64,000 bases of DNA from an uncultured Solirubrobacteraceae bacterium (GTDB taxonomy: Bacteria; Actinomycetota; Thermoleophilia; Solirubrobacterales; Solirubrobacteraceae). Every line of letters starts with the position of its first letter. The stretch's first letter is position 1. The notes below the pieces were generated by a model, which saw only the letters and a program-made list of their open reading frames with translations, did not search any database and was not told the DNA's origin. Below, one piece after another: positions 49,266-61,695 of the stretch. The stretch is from NCBI GenBank assembly GCA_963826345.1, contig CAWGWU010000015.1:40536-104535 (forward strand), in the 5' to 3' direction. Position numbers and translations under genes: made by a program.

Positions 49266-50314
49266 GCGCTGCTCGAGCGCGCCCAGATGTTGATCCCGCT
49301 CTCGACGGCGTGGCCGTCGATCTCGGCGAGCTCCTCGCTCGGTGAAGTGAAGGTTCTCGATCGCCGCGACGTTCTGCTCGAGCTGCGCGACGCTGCTGGC
49401 GCCGATCAGCGCCGAGGTGACGCGCGGATCGCGCAGCGACCAGGCGATCGCGAGCTGAGCGAGCGACTGCCCACGGCGTGCGGCGATCTCGTTCAGCGCC
49501 CTGACCCGGGCGATGTTCTCGTCGGTGATCAGGCTCTCGCTGAAGGCCTCCCCGATGCGCACCCTCGAGTCCTCCGGCACGCCGTTCAGGTAGCGGTCAG
49601 TCAGCAGGCCCTGCCCGAGCGGCGAGAACACGATCGCACCGACGCCGCGGTCGTGCAGCACGTCGAGCAGCTCAGTCTCGATCCAGCGGTTCAGCAGCGA
49701 GTAGGAGGGCTGGTGGATCAGCAGCGGCGTGCCGAGCGCGCTGAGGATCTCGACCGCTTCGATCGTGCGCTCGGGGCCGTAGGAGCTGATTCCGACATAC
49801 AGCGCCTTGCCCTGCCTGACGGCGGTGTCGAGGGCGCCCATCGTCTCGTGCAGTGGGGTCTCCGGGTCAACGCGATGCGAGTAGAAGATGTCGACGTGGT
49901 CGAGCCCCATCCGCCGAAGGCTCTGATCGAGGCTCCCGAGGAGATACTTGCGTGAGCCCCACTCGCCGTAGGGCCGGGCCACTGGTCATAGCCCGCCTTC
50001 GTCGAAATGACGAGCTCGTCGCGGTAGGGGCGCAGGTCCTCGGCGAAGATCCGCCCGAAGTTGCACTCCGCGGCGCCATACGGCGGGCCGTAGTTGTTCG
50101 CCAGGTCGAAGTGGGTGATGCCGAGGTCGAAGGCGCGGCGCAGGATCGTGCGGCTGTTCGCGAGCGGCCTGTCGTCGCCGAAGTTCTGCCACAGCCCGAG
50201 CGAGATCGCGGGGAGCTTCAGCCCCGACGCTCCGACTCGCCGGTATGGCATCGTCTCGTAGCGGCCGGGGGCCGCGCGGTACAGCCCGTCCGAGCGCGAC
50301 GGGTCAAATGGCAT
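49262..50314 (-). CDS. gpr: Aldo/keto reductase, L-glyceraldehyde-3-phosphate reductase (YghZ/Gpr) type; frameshifts near 49975 and 49340
   Basis: SLGLWQNFG, HFDLANNYGPPYG, STKAGY, GSRKYL..SL..SL, IHQPSYS. Confidence 0.85.
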
Positions 50315-50343
50315 GGGGCGAGTATCGCAGCGCCGCGGCGCCG

Positions 50344-51425
50344 TCAACCCCGCGGCTCGGGCGCCGGGCGCAAGGGCGCGGGCGCCGGGACCGGGCCGCA
50401 CCTCGCGCGCGCCCGGCGGGCGGGCTGGCGCCGGGCGGGAACAGGCCGAGCACGCTGCCGCCGAATCCGCCGCCCACGACGCGTGCGCCGGCGGCGCCGG
50501 CCGCCGAGCATCGCCTCGACGGCCGCCTCGACCGCGGGAGTGGAGACCTCGAAGTTGTCGCGCAGGCTCTCGTGGGAGGCGCTGATCAGCTCCCCGATCG
50601 CCGACAGGTCGCCCGCCCGGAGCGCGGCGACGGCGGCGCGACACGCTCGTTCTCGGCGAGCACGTGGCCGCGCCCTCCGCCGCAGCGGCTCGGGCAGGCG
50701 CTCGACCTCCTCGCTCCGGCGCGAGCGAGAGCGAGGCGACGCCCAGCAGCCGGCAGGCCTCGCGCACTCGTCGCGTCGCTCGTTGTAGCCCGAGCTCGCG
50801 TTGCTGTGGCGCTCGCCCGAGTCGAGCAGCACGAGCCGCCAGCGCACCGAACGCAGCGGCACCGGCTGCAATCTGCAGACGTCGGGAAGTCGATCAGCAG
50901 CGCGCGCCGGCGTCGCCGAAGAGCGAGGCGAGCTGGTCGAGCAGGCCCGTCTGCGCGCCCACCCAGTCGTTCTCCACGCGCGCGCACAGAGCCGGGCGAT
51001 GTCGAGCCTGTCGTAGTCGCCGCGCTCCCAGCTCGCGCCGCGGCCGAGGCGAGCTCGAGCAGTGCGAGGCACAGCGCGACCTCGAGCGCGGCCGAGGAGG
51101 ACAGGCCGGCGCCGCGCGGCAGCTCGCCGCTGATCCGGATCGTGCGCGCCGACGAGCGGATACCCGGCGCGGGAGAGCTCGGCGACGGTGCCGCGCGCGA
51201 ACGCCCGCCACCCTCGGCGGGCGGCGGGCGCGGCGAGCGGGAACTCGTCGCGCTCGTCCAGATCGAGCGCCTCGGCCGAGACGTCGCCCTGGCGGCTGCC
51301 TGTGGCTGCGTCGCGCGCGGACGGTGATGCCCTCGTCGATCGCGAACGGGAGCGCGAGTCCGCCGTTGTAGTCGGTGTGCTCTCCGATCAGGTTGACTCG
51401 GCCGGGCGCGAACGCGGCGGTCCGC

Positions 51426-51436
<11 letters not shown>
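50344..51436 (-). CDS. galK: Galactokinase, multiply frameshifted
   Basis: [40 protein letters not shown] and [12 protein letters not shown] spread over different frames; 3' end approximate. Confidence 0.75.
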
Positions 51437-52346
<910 letters not shown>

Positions 52347-52766
52347 GACGTCTCGCGGTGGGGCGGGTATAGAGGATCAGCGCGCGCCCGTCCTCTTTGC
52401 GGTGCTGCGCGGCCACGATCGGCTCGAGGCGCTCGCCCTGTGCGGCGGCCCGTCCTGCGTCGGCTCCATCCTCGGGGCCGGCGAGCGACGCTGCTGGCCG
52501 GATTCGCCCGTCAAGGGTTGCTCGGAGGGATCTGCTCCACCCGGACTCTGGCCATGCCCCGAGGGTATACCGCCTGCGCTCGACGCTCATGCGCCGGCCG
52601 CAGGGCTGGGACGCGGCGACCTCGGCGGAGGAGTAGCGGATTTTCCTCGCCAATTCTGCGGGATTTCCGTCGAGCGGGACGGTTGACTGTCACTCCGGGA
52701 CGCGAGAGGGTAGTGTCCTAATGTCGCTAGCCGGGAGACCTGAAACAGCCTGGAAAGGAGAACGCA

Positions 52767-53870
52767 ATGTCAGACACAGACCAAGCACACGAAGCCGTAG
52801 AGCGTCTCGAATTTGATGATCGTGGCGAGGCCGATCGGCCAGGCTTCGACCGGCGCTCATTCCTGCGCCGCACCGCGCTGACAGGCGCGGCGGTCGGCGG
52901 GGTGAGCAGCCTGCTGGCCGCCTGCGGTTCCAGCGCCTCGAGCAGCAGCAGCGCGAACACCATCTTCGGCACGAGCCAGAGCTACAAATTCACGTTCGTC
53001 AACCACGTCACCACCAACCCGTTCTTCGTCCCGACCCAGTACGGGATCCAGGACGCGTGCAAACTGCTCGGCTGCACCTACCAGTGGACGGGCTCGGAAT
53101 CGAGCAACGTCAGCCAGATGGTCAACGCCGTCAACAGCGCCGTCAGCGCGGGCGCCAACGGCATCGCCGTCTCGCTGGTCGACCCGACGGCGTTCAATGC
53201 GCCGGTGCAGGCGGCGCTGAACGCCAAAATCCCGGTCGTCGCCTACAACGCCGACGCGATCGGCAACCCGCGTCTGGCATACATCGGCCAGGACCTGTTC
53301 GTCTCGGGCGAAAAGATGGGCGAACACATCGCGAAGCTCGTGCCCTCGGGCGACGTCGCGCTGTTCATCGCGACGCCGGGCTCGCTGAACATCCAGCCGC
53401 GGATCGAAGGTGCGCTGAAGACGCTGAAAAAATACCCGGCGATCACGACGCACGTGATCGCCACCGGCGCCGCGGTCCCGAACGAGTTGACGGTGATCGA
53501 ATCGTATTTGGCGGGTCACCCGAACACGAAGGGCATGTTCGCCGTCGACGCCGGCTCGACCCAGGGCGTCGCCCAGACGATCCAGAAGCACAACGTCTCC
53601 TCCTCGGTCAAGGGCGGCGGCTATGACCTGCTGGAAATCACCGAGCAGCTGCTCGCCAAGAACCAGATCCAGTTCACGATCGACCAGCAGCCCTACCTGC
53701 AGGGCTTCTTCCCGGTCATCGAGCTGTACCTGTACAACGCATCGAAGACGCTCACCGGCATGGCCGACGTCAACACCGGCCTGAAGTTCCTGACCCCGGA
53801 AACCGTCGTGCCGTACAACAGCACCAAAAGCCGCTACGAGGGCACCTCCTCGTCGCCCGGAGTCTCCTAG
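52767..53870 (+). CDS. Sugar ABC transporter substrate-binding lipoprotein (Tat signal)
   Basis: DRRSFLRR twin-arginine motif and LAAC lipobox; NPFF, IPVVAYN, IDQQPYLQG. Confidence 0.92.
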   Translation: MSDTDQAHEAVERLEFDDRGEADRPGFDRRSFLRRTALTGAAVGGVSSLLAACGSSASSSSSANTIFGTSQSYKFTFVNHVTTNPFFVPTQYGIQDACKLLGCTYQWTGSESSNVSQMVNAVNSAVSAGANGIAVSLVDPTAFNAPVQAALNAKIPVVAYNADAIGNPRLAYIGQDLFVSGEKMGEHIAKLVPSGDVALFIATPGSLNIQPRIEGALKTLKKYPAITTHVIATGAAVPNELTVIESYLAGHPNTKGMFAVDAGSTQGVAQTIQKHNVSSSVKGGGYDLLEITEQLLAKNQIQFTIDQQPYLQGFFPVIELYLYNASKTLTGMADVNTGLKFLTPETVVPYNSTKSRYEGTSSSPGVS

Positions 53871-53879
53871 GCTCCAGTC

Positions 53880-54941
53880 GTGGCGGCCGCGTCCGGCAGC
53901 GAAGCTCCGGCACAAGCTCCAACCGAGGGTCCGGCAGGCACAGGCCGGGCCCTCGGGACGAGCCTGATGAAGCTCGTCCGCAGCTTCCTGACGCTGCGCG
54001 AGGGCAGCATCATCGTCGTCACGATCATCACGATCGTGTACTTCTCGACGAACGCCCACGGCTTCGCGACGACCTCGAACCTCAAGACGCTGTTGCCGTA
54101 CTTCGCGCCGCTGGCGATCCTCGCCGCGGGCGAGGTGTTCGTGATGATCAACGGCGAGATCGACCTCTCGATCGGCGCCGTCTACCTGCTGACGCCGTTC
54201 ATCTTCTACAAGCTGTTCCATGCCGGCGTGCCGCTCATCCCGGCGGTGATCCTGTCACTGGTCTGCAGCGGCGTGGTCGGCTTCATCAACGGCTTCTTCG
54301 TCGCCGTCGTCGGCATCTCGTCGTTCGTGACGACGCTCGGGATGCTGTTCACGCTCGACGGCGTCACGCTGATCATCTCCCACACCGCGCCCGTCTCGAC
54401 GCCGGGCACCTCGGCGCTCCACGTCAACACGTTCGCGCGCGTGTTCGGCGGCGGCACCTACTCGGAGCTGATCTGGGCGCTCGCGATCGTCGCGATCCTG
54501 CAGGCGGTGCTGACGTTCTCGCGCTGGGGCGTCTACACGGTCGCCGTCGGCGGCAACCGCCTCGGCGCCGCCGAGGCGGGCATCCGCGTGCGCCTCGTGC
54601 TGATCCGCAACTTCATCCTCTGCGCGACCTGCGCCGGGCTCGTCGGGATCCTCGAGGCCGTGCGCACCGTGACCGCGACGCCGGACCCGTCGGGCTCGAA
54701 CGAAATCCTCTTCCAGGCGATCGCCTCGGCCGTGATCGGCGGCACGCTGCTGCTGGGCGGGTCGGGAACGGTCGTCGGCGCCCTGATCGGCGCGCTGTTC
54801 CTCGGCGTGCTCCACGACGGCCTGATCATCAAGGGCGTCAGCGCCGACTATCTCTACCTTTATCTCGGGCTCGCGATCCTGATCTCGATGACCTTCAACG
54901 TCTACGTCCAACGCGTGCGCACGGGGTCCGGTCTTGGCTGA
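53880..54941 (+). CDS. Sugar ABC transporter permease (CUT2)
   Basis: GEIDLSIG, SFVTTLG, VGGN..A...GI, AVIGGT.L.GG.G. Confidence 0.92.
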   Translation: MAAASGSEAPAQAPTEGPAGTGRALGTSLMKLVRSFLTLREGSIIVVTIITIVYFSTNAHGFATTSNLKTLLPYFAPLAILAAGEVFVMINGEIDLSIGAVYLLTPFIFYKLFHAGVPLIPAVILSLVCSGVVGFINGFFVAVVGISSFVTTLGMLFTLDGVTLIISHTAPVSTPGTSALHVNTFARVFGGGTYSELIWALAIVAILQAVLTFSRWGVYTVAVGGNRLGAAEAGIRVRLVLIRNFILCATCAGLVGILEAVRTVTATPDPSGSNEILFQAIASAVIGGTLLLGGSGTVVGALIGALFLGVLHDGLIIKGVSADYLYLYLGLAILISMTFNVYVQRVRTGSGLG

Positions 54942-55794
54942 GCAGCCGCTCCCCGCCGAGAAGATCGTGGCACCGACCTCGGCGCCCGACGACGTGCTGC
55001 GCGTCGAGCACATCTCCAAGAGCTTCGGCCCGACCACGGCGCTGCGCGACGTCAACCTGCACCTGCGCAAGGGCGAGATCCTCGGCCTGCTCGGCGACAA
55101 CGGCTCGGGCAAGTCGACGCTGATCAAGATCATCTGCGGATTCCAGAAGCAGGACGGCGGGCAGATGTTCCTGCACGGCGAGCCGTACGAGCCGAAAAGC
55201 GTCGACGACGCTCGCGCGCAGGGCATCGACACCGTCTACCAGGACCTCGCGCTCGTCGACCAGCTGTCGGTCTCCCACAACATGTTCCTGCGCCGCGAGC
55301 GCGTGCACCGGCCGATCCCGTTCCTCGACAACGCGCTGATGCGCCGCCAGACGCGCGAGGCGCTCGACGACATCGGGATCAACATCCCCAGGCTCGACGT
55401 GCCGGTCGCGCGCCTCTCCGGCGGCCAGCGCCAGGCGATCGCGGTCGCGCGCACGGTCTCGGGCGAGGCCAACATCCTGCTGCTCGACGAGCCGCTCGCG
55501 GCGATGGGCGCGAAGGAGGGCGGGATGATCCTCGAGCTCATCGACCGCCTCAAGCAGGAGGGCGAGGTCTCGGTGATGATCATCCTGCACAACTACGCCC
55601 ACGTGTTCGCGACGTGCGACCGCGTGAACCTGCTCCAGGACGGCGTGATCGCGCTGGACAAGCCGGTGGCGGAGACGTCCGTCGAGGAGCTGAACGAGAT
55701 CGTCGTCGAGGAGTACCGCCGCGCGCGCCAGGCGGCGATCGCCGCGGACACCGCGGCAAGACAGGCGCACGGGGACACGACGGACCCCCGGTGA
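54934..55794 (+). CDS. Sugar ABC transporter ATP-binding protein
   Basis: GDNGSGKST, LSGGQRQ, LLLDEP. Confidence 0.93.
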   Translation: MAEQPLPAEKIVAPTSAPDDVLRVEHISKSFGPTTALRDVNLHLRKGEILGLLGDNGSGKSTLIKIICGFQKQDGGQMFLHGEPYEPKSVDDARAQGIDTVYQDLALVDQLSVSHNMFLRRERVHRPIPFLDNALMRRQTREALDDIGINIPRLDVPVARLSGGQRQAIAVARTVSGEANILLLDEPLAAMGAKEGGMILELIDRLKQEGEVSVMIILHNYAHVFATCDRVNLLQDGVIALDKPVAETSVEELNEIVVEEYRRARQAAIAADTAARQAHGDTTDPR

Positions 55795-57426
55795 GCCGGC
55801 CCGCGTACGCGATCGGCGTCGACTTCGGGACGGAGTCGGGCCGCGCGCTGCTGCTCGACCTGCGCAGCGGCGAGGAGGCCGCGGTCAGCGAGGTTCGCTA
55901 CGCGCACGGCGTGATCGACCGCGAGCTGCCGCAGAGCGGCGAGCAGCTGCCGCCAGACTGGGCGCTGCAGCACTCCGACGACTGGCTCGCGGTGCTCGAT
56001 ACGCGCGATCCCGGCGGTGCTCGAACAGGTGCCGGCGGCGCGCGAGGCCGTGGTCGGGCTCGGCGTCGACTTCACCTCGTGCACCGTGCTGCCGGTGAGC
56101 GCCGACGGGCTGCCGCTCTTCACGCAGGAGCGCTGGCGCTCGCGGCGCCACGCGTGGCCGAAGCTCTGGAAGCACCACGCGGCGCAGCCGATCGCGGACC
56201 GCCTGAACGAGGTCGCCGCGGCGCGCGGCGAGGCGTTTCTCGAGCGCTACGGCGGGCGGATCTCCTCGGAGTGGTACTTCCCGAAGCTGATCGAGCTGTG
56301 GCTCGAGGATCGCGAGGTCTATGACGCGTCCTACGGCTTCATCGAGGCGACCGACTGGATCGTCTGGTTCCTCACGGGCAACGAGCGCCGCCAGAGCTGC
56401 ACCGCCGGCTACAAGGCGATGTGGTCGCAGGAGGAAGGGCTGCCGTCCGCCGAGTACTTCGAGGCCGCCTACCCTGGGTTCGACCGGCCCGCGGCAAAGC
56501 TCGGGACGGAGTTTGCGCCGCTCGGCACGCGCGCGGGCACGCTGCGCCCGGCGCTCGCGGCGCGCCTCGGCCTGCCCGAGACGGTCGCGGTCGCGGTCGG
56601 CAACGTCGACTCGTTCGTCTCGGTCCCCGGCGCCGGCGTGGAGTCGCCCGGGACCTTCGTGATGGTCGTCGGGACCTCGATCTGCGACCTCGTGATCGAC
56701 CCGGTCGAGGTGCGGCTGCCGGGGATCACGGGCGTCGTGCGCGACGGCATCCTCCCGGGCCTCTATGGCTACGAGGCCGGGCAGGCCGCTGTAGGCGACA
56801 TGCTCGCGTGGTTCGTGCAGAGGCTCGCGCCGCCGGGTGCCGAGCACGCGACGTTCGAGCAGTCGGCGGCCGCGATCGGACCAGGGGCGAGCGGGCTCGT
56901 GGCGCTCGACTGGTGGAACGGCAACCGCACGATCCTCGCCGACGCCGACCTCAGCGGGGCGCTCTTCGGGTTGACGCTGCAGACCACGCGCGAGCAGATC
57001 TATCGCGCGCTGCTCGAGTCGATCGCGTTCGGCAACCGGCGGATCATCGAGAACTTCGAGGAACACGGGCTGAGGCTGAACGAGATCGTCGCCTGCGGCG
57101 GGATCGCCGAGAAGAGCCCGCTGACGATGCAGCTGCTCGCCGACACCAGCGGCCTGCGCGTCAGCGTCCCCGACTCGACGCAGATCCCCGCGCGCGGCGC
57201 GGCGCTGTTCGGCGCCGTCGCAGCCGGCCACTTTCCCGACATCGCCAGCGCGATCGCCGCGACCCGACCGGAGATCGCGCGCAGCTACACGCCGGACGCC
57301 GACGCGCAGGCCATCTACGATCGGGTCTACGCGATCTACCGCAGCCTGTACGAGCGGCTCGGGCGCACCGAAGTCGAGCTGCTCCACGGCCTCAAGCGCA
57401 TCCACACCGAAAGGAGCGTGTCGTGA
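55791..57426 (+). CDS. araB: Ribulokinase, frameshift near 56000
   Basis: IGVDFGTESGRA, DFTSCT, KLWKHHAA, YGGRISSEW..PK, LDWWNGNR. Confidence 0.9.
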
Positions 57427-58811
57427 AACCCCGGATCGGACTGCTCGGGATCATGCAGGAGCTCTACGACGAGATGCTCCCGGGGATCACCGAGCATCAG
57501 GCCGAGTACGCGCGCGCCGTCGCTGCGCGACTCGCCGACGTCGCCGACGTCGACTTCATCCGCCCGGCGCGCAACCGCGACGACGTCGAGGAGATCGTGC
57601 GCGAGTACGGAGCGCGCGGGCTCGACGGCATCGCGATCGTGATGCTCACCTACGGACCGGCGATGCGCACCGTGCGCGCGCTGCTGCAGACGCCGCTGCC
57701 GCTGATGCTCGCGAACATCCAGCCGGAGCGAGCGGTGACCGCCGCCTGGGACATGGCCGATCTGACCTACAACCAGGGGATCCACGGCGCCCAGGACCAG
57801 GCGAACGCGCTCGTGCGCTCGGGAATCCCGTTCTCGGTGATCACGGGCGAGTGGGACTCGGATGAGTTCGCCGAGGAGTTCGGCGACTGGGCGCGCGCCG
57901 CGGCGACGGTCACGGCGCTGCGCTCGACCCGAATCGCGCTGTTCGGCTACCCGATGAACGGGATGGGCGACATCCTGTACGACCCGCCGGCGCTGCTGCG
58001 ACGGTTCGGCGCGCTCGTCGTCGCCGAGGATCTCGGCGCGCTCTACGCGCGGATGCAGGGCGTCGGCGACGATCGGATCGAGGCGCTGATCTCCCGGCAC
58101 GGCGAGCTGTTCGAGATCGACCCGGCGCTGCCGCACGCTGCGCACGCCTACGCGGCGCGCTTCGAGGTCGCGCTGCGCGACCTGCTGGAGGAAAAGGGCT
58201 ACCGTGCGTTCTCGGCGCACTTCGACTCCGTCGGCGGCGATGGGCGCTTCGAGCAGCTGCCGCTGCTCGCCGCCTCGAACCTGATGGCCGACGGCTACGG
58301 CTACGCCGCGGAGGGCGACACCAACACGGCCACGTTGATGTGCGCCGCGCAGACGCTGATCGGCGACGCGAACTTCAGCGAGCTCTACGCGATGGACTTC
58401 GAGCAGGGTTCGGTGCTCGTCAGCCACATGGGCGAGGGCAACTGGAAGGTCGCGCGGGGCGACCGCCCGGTGCGGCTGATCGACCGCGAGCTCGGCATCG
58501 GCGGCCTCGGCAACCCACCGACGACCGTGTTCTCGGCGCAGCCGGGACCCGCGACGACCGCCGCCCTCGTGCCGCTCGAGGGCGAGGAATACCGCCTGCT
58601 CGTCGGGCACGGAGCGGTCCTCGACACTCCCGAGCTGCCGAACGTCGAGATGCCCTACTTCCATTTCCGGCCGACGGCCGGCATAGAGGACTTCATGAAC
58701 GACTGGCTGCGCCTCGGCGGGCCGCACCACTTCGTCACGAATCTCGGTATGCACGCCGGGCGCTGGCGACGGCTCGCAGAGCTACTCGACCTCGAGCTCG
58801 TGGAGCTCTGA
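57423..58811 (+). CDS. L-arabinose/L-fucose isomerase family protein (divergent AraA-like)
   Basis: NQGIHG, LMADGYGYAAEGD, F.E...SHMGE, GGPHH; lies between araB and araD. Confidence 0.8.
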   Translation: MKPRIGLLGIMQELYDEMLPGITEHQAEYARAVAARLADVADVDFIRPARNRDDVEEIVREYGARGLDGIAIVMLTYGPAMRTVRALLQTPLPLMLANIQPERAVTAAWDMADLTYNQGIHGAQDQANALVRSGIPFSVITGEWDSDEFAEEFGDWARAAATVTALRSTRIALFGYPMNGMGDILYDPPALLRRFGALVVAEDLGALYARMQGVGDDRIEALISRHGELFEIDPALPHAAHAYAARFEVALRDLLEEKGYRAFSAHFDSVGGDGRFEQLPLLAASNLMADGYGYAAEGDTNTATLMCAAQTLIGDANFSELYAMDFEQGSVLVSHMGEGNWKVARGDRPVRLIDRELGIGGLGNPPTTVFSAQPGPATTAALVPLEGEEYRLLVGHGAVLDTPELPNVEMPYFHFRPTAGIEDFMNDWLRLGGPHHFVTNLGMHAGRWRRLAELLDLELVEL

Positions 58812-59473
58812 TGCGCGAGGCTGTGCTCGCGGCGAACCTCGCGCTGCCAGCGCACCGGCTCGTGACGCTCACGTGGGGCAACGTCAGCGGCATCGACCGC
58901 GAGCGTGGGCTCGTCGCGATCAAGCCGAGCGGCGTGCCGTACGAGTCGATGACGCTCGCGGACGTCGTGCTCGTGGACCTCGAGGGCAACGTCGTCGAGG
59001 GTGGGCGGCGGCCGTCGACGGACACGCCGACGCACCTGGAGCTCTATCGCGCGTATGACTGGATCGGCGGCATCGTGCACACGCATTCGCCGTGGGCGAC
59101 GAGCTGGGCGCAGGCCGGGCGCGAGATTCCGCTGCTCGGGACGACGCACGCCGACCTCAGCGCCCGGCCGATCCCGCTGACGCGCCCTTTGGCCGGATCC
59201 GAGGTTCAGGAGGACTACGAGGGGGCGACCGGGCGCGCGCTCGTCGAGGCGACCACCGAGCACGACACCTGCGCACTCGTGCGCGGCCACGGCCCCTTCG
59301 CCTGGGGCGCCTCGCCGGCGGCCGCGGTCGAGGCCGCGGTCACGCTCGAGCAGGTCGCGCGCCTGGCGCTCCTGACCACGCTGCTCGCTCCCGACGCGCC
59401 CCCGCTCGCCGACGCTGTCCGCCGCAAGCACTTCGAGCGCAAGCACGGGCCGCACGCGTACTACGGGCAGTGA
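58811..59473 (+). CDS. araD: L-ribulose-5-phosphate 4-epimerase
   Basis: LTWGNVSG, IKPSGV, PSTDTPTH, HTHS, GTTHAD, KHG..AYYGQ. Confidence 0.93.
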   Translation: MREAVLAANLALPAHRLVTLTWGNVSGIDRERGLVAIKPSGVPYESMTLADVVLVDLEGNVVEGGRRPSTDTPTHLELYRAYDWIGGIVHTHSPWATSWAQAGREIPLLGTTHADLSARPIPLTRPLAGSEVQEDYEGATGRALVEATTEHDTCALVRGHGPFAWGASPAAAVEAAVTLEQVARLALLTTLLAPDAPPLADAVRRKHFERKHGPHAYYGQ

Positions 59474-60649
59474 TCGTCGTCGAAGAGGGCGCGCTCGACC
59501 GGCTCGCGGCGTACGTGCCGCGGCCGGCGTTGGTGGTGATGGACGTCAACACCGAGGCGGTCGCCGGCGCGCGCGTGGCGCGCGAGCTCGGCGCCGACGT
59601 GCTGCGCCTCCCGGCGGACCTGCACGCGACCGAGGACGCCGCGGCGAAGGTGCGCGCCCAGTTGCGCGCCGGGCTCGTCGCTGTCGGCTCGGGGACGCTG
59701 ACGGACATCGTCCGCTACGCCGCGCACAGCGCCGACTGCGACTTCGTCAGCGTGCCGACGGCGGCATCGATGGACGGCTACGCGTCGAGCGTCGCGGCGA
59801 TGGAGCGCGACGGCGTCAAGGTGACGCTGCCGGCGCGGGCGCCGGCAGCGATCTTCGCCGACCCGCGGATCGCGGCGGCGGCGCCGATCGAGCTGACGCG
59901 CGCCGGCATCGGCGACCTTCTCGCGAAGACCACCGCACGGGTGGACTGGCTCGCGGCGCACTTGCTCTACGGGGAGGACTGGCGCGAGCTTGAGCCGCTG
60001 CCCGAGCTCGACGTCACCGCACTGCTCGCCGGGGACGTCGACGCGGTCGCCGAGCTGCTGCGCGCGTTGATCGAGTCGGGGCTGGCGATGGCCGCGGTCG
60101 GCAGCTCGCGCCCGGCGAGCGGCTGCGAGCACCACGCATCGCACTTCTGGGACCTGCTCGCCGGCCGCGGCGCGCGGCCGCGGGCGCTGCACGGGCTCCA
60201 GGTCGGCTACGCGACGGGGTTCGCGATGCGCCTGCAGCGGTTCGCATTCGGCGGCGGCGTGGCGTTGCCGCGGCGCCCGCAGCCGGTTGCCGAGCCGCTC
60301 GATGAGGCCGCGCGCGCGTGGCTTGGCGAGCCGCCGCCTGACGTCCTCGCTGCGGTCGCCGAGAAGCAGCGCCTGATCGCCACGGTGCCCGCTTCCTGGC
60401 CCGACGACGAGACGCGCTGGGCCGCGCTGCGCGCGCGCATGGAGCCCTCGCTCGAGAAGTTCGACGCGGTCGCGGACCACGCTCCGGCGCGCCGGCATCC
60501 CCGATCGGGAGCCGGGCTACCTGGGGATCGACGCGGCGATGCTGCGCGCCGGACTGCGCTACGGAGGCCGGCTGCGCTCGCGCTATACGGTGGTCGACTT
60601 CCTCGAGGGCCAGGGCATGCTCGAGCGGGCGCTCGACGAGGCGCTGTAG
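59470..60649 (+). CDS. araM: sn-glycerol-1-phosphate dehydrogenase (AraM/EgsA-like), frameshift near 60480-60500
   Basis: AVGSGT..D, PTAASMDG, AGIGD..AK, SRPASG.EH..SH, LHG.QV; C-terminal LRSRYTV in the shifted frame. Confidence 0.85.
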
Positions 60650-60652
60650 CCG

Positions 60653-61630
60653 CTACCAGCGCCCGTGGACGTGCTCGCGGAGCAGCCGGTCATAGACCTC
60701 CGCGACACCCTCGAGCTGGTCCGGTCGCAACGGCGCGAGCGCGGCGGCGGCGACGTTCTGGCGCACCTGATCGACGTCGCGCGCGCCGGGAATCACGGTG
60801 CTGACCCCCGGCTGGTCGATCACCCAGCGCAGCGCGAACTGGGCTAGTGTCGTCCCGGGGTCGAGCAGCCGGCCGAGCTCACGCGCGGCGGCCAGCCCCG
60901 TCTCATACGGCACGCCGGCGAACGTCTCGCCGACGTCGAACGCCTCGCCGTGACGGTTGTAGCTGCGGTGGTCGTCGGGCGCGAACGTCGTCTGCTCGTC
61001 GTAGCGTCCCGACAGCAGGCCGGATGCGAGCGGCACGCGCGCGATGATCCCGACGCCGGCTTCGCGCGCAGCGGGCAGCACCTGCTCGAGCGGCTTGAGG
61101 CGAAAGCAGTTGAGGATGATCTGCACGCTCGCCACGCGCGGGCGTGCGATCGCGCGCAGCGCCTGGGCGCAGGTCTCGACCGAGACGCCGTAGGCGCCGA
61201 TGTGACCGTCCTCGACGAGCTCGTCGAGCGCTTCGAAGGTGGCATCGTCCTCGTAGACCTCGTCGGGCGGGCAATGCAGCTGCACGAGGTCGATGCACTC
61301 CACGTCGAGGTTCGCGCGGGAGCGCGCGTTCCAGGCTGCGAACGCCTCGCGGTTGTAGTTCTCCGGCAGCTGCTCGACGCGCCGGCCCATCTTCGTCGCG
61401 ACGAAGATCTCAGGGTGACGCGAATGCAGCTCGCCGCAGAACTGCTCGCTGCGGCCGTCGCCATAGACATCTGCCGTATCGAAGAACGTGACCCCGGCAT
61501 CGACGGCAGCGTCGAGCACGGCGTGCGCCGCCTGCGGCGTGACCGTGCCCCAGTCGGCGCCGAGCTGCCAGGTGCCGAGGCCGACAGCGCTGACGCTGCG
61601 GGCGAGTCGCTCGATGCGCCGCTGCTCCAT
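60653..61630 (-). CDS. Aldo/keto reductase
   Basis: GLGTWQLG, FFDTADVYGDG, QLHCP, ARVPLASG. Confidence 0.92.
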   Translation of the reverse strand: MEQRRIERLARSVSAVGLGTWQLGADWGTVTPQAAHAVLDAAVDAGVTFFDTADVYGDGRSEQFCGELHSRHPEIFVATKMGRRVEQLPENYNREAFAAWNARSRANLDVECIDLVQLHCPPDEVYEDDATFEALDELVEDGHIGAYGVSVETCAQALRAIARPRVASVQIILNCFRLKPLEQVLPAAREAGVGIIARVPLASGLLSGRYDEQTTFAPDDHRSYNRHGEAFDVGETFAGVPYETGLAAARELGRLLDPGTTLAQFALRWVIDQPGVSTVIPGARDVDQVRQNVAAAALAPLRPDQLEGVAEVYDRLLREHVHGRW

Positions 61631-61695
61631 CGGCTCGCATGCTCGCAGGTCGCAGCGCGGCGATGCGCCCGGTGCGGCCGGCCGACCGAGAGGTG

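Noticed and set aside
56421-58811. Apparent 796-aa ORF suggesting an araB-isomerase fusion
   Set aside because: Its first third is an off-frame reading of araB; the real gene starts at GTG 57423 after an AAGGAG RBS
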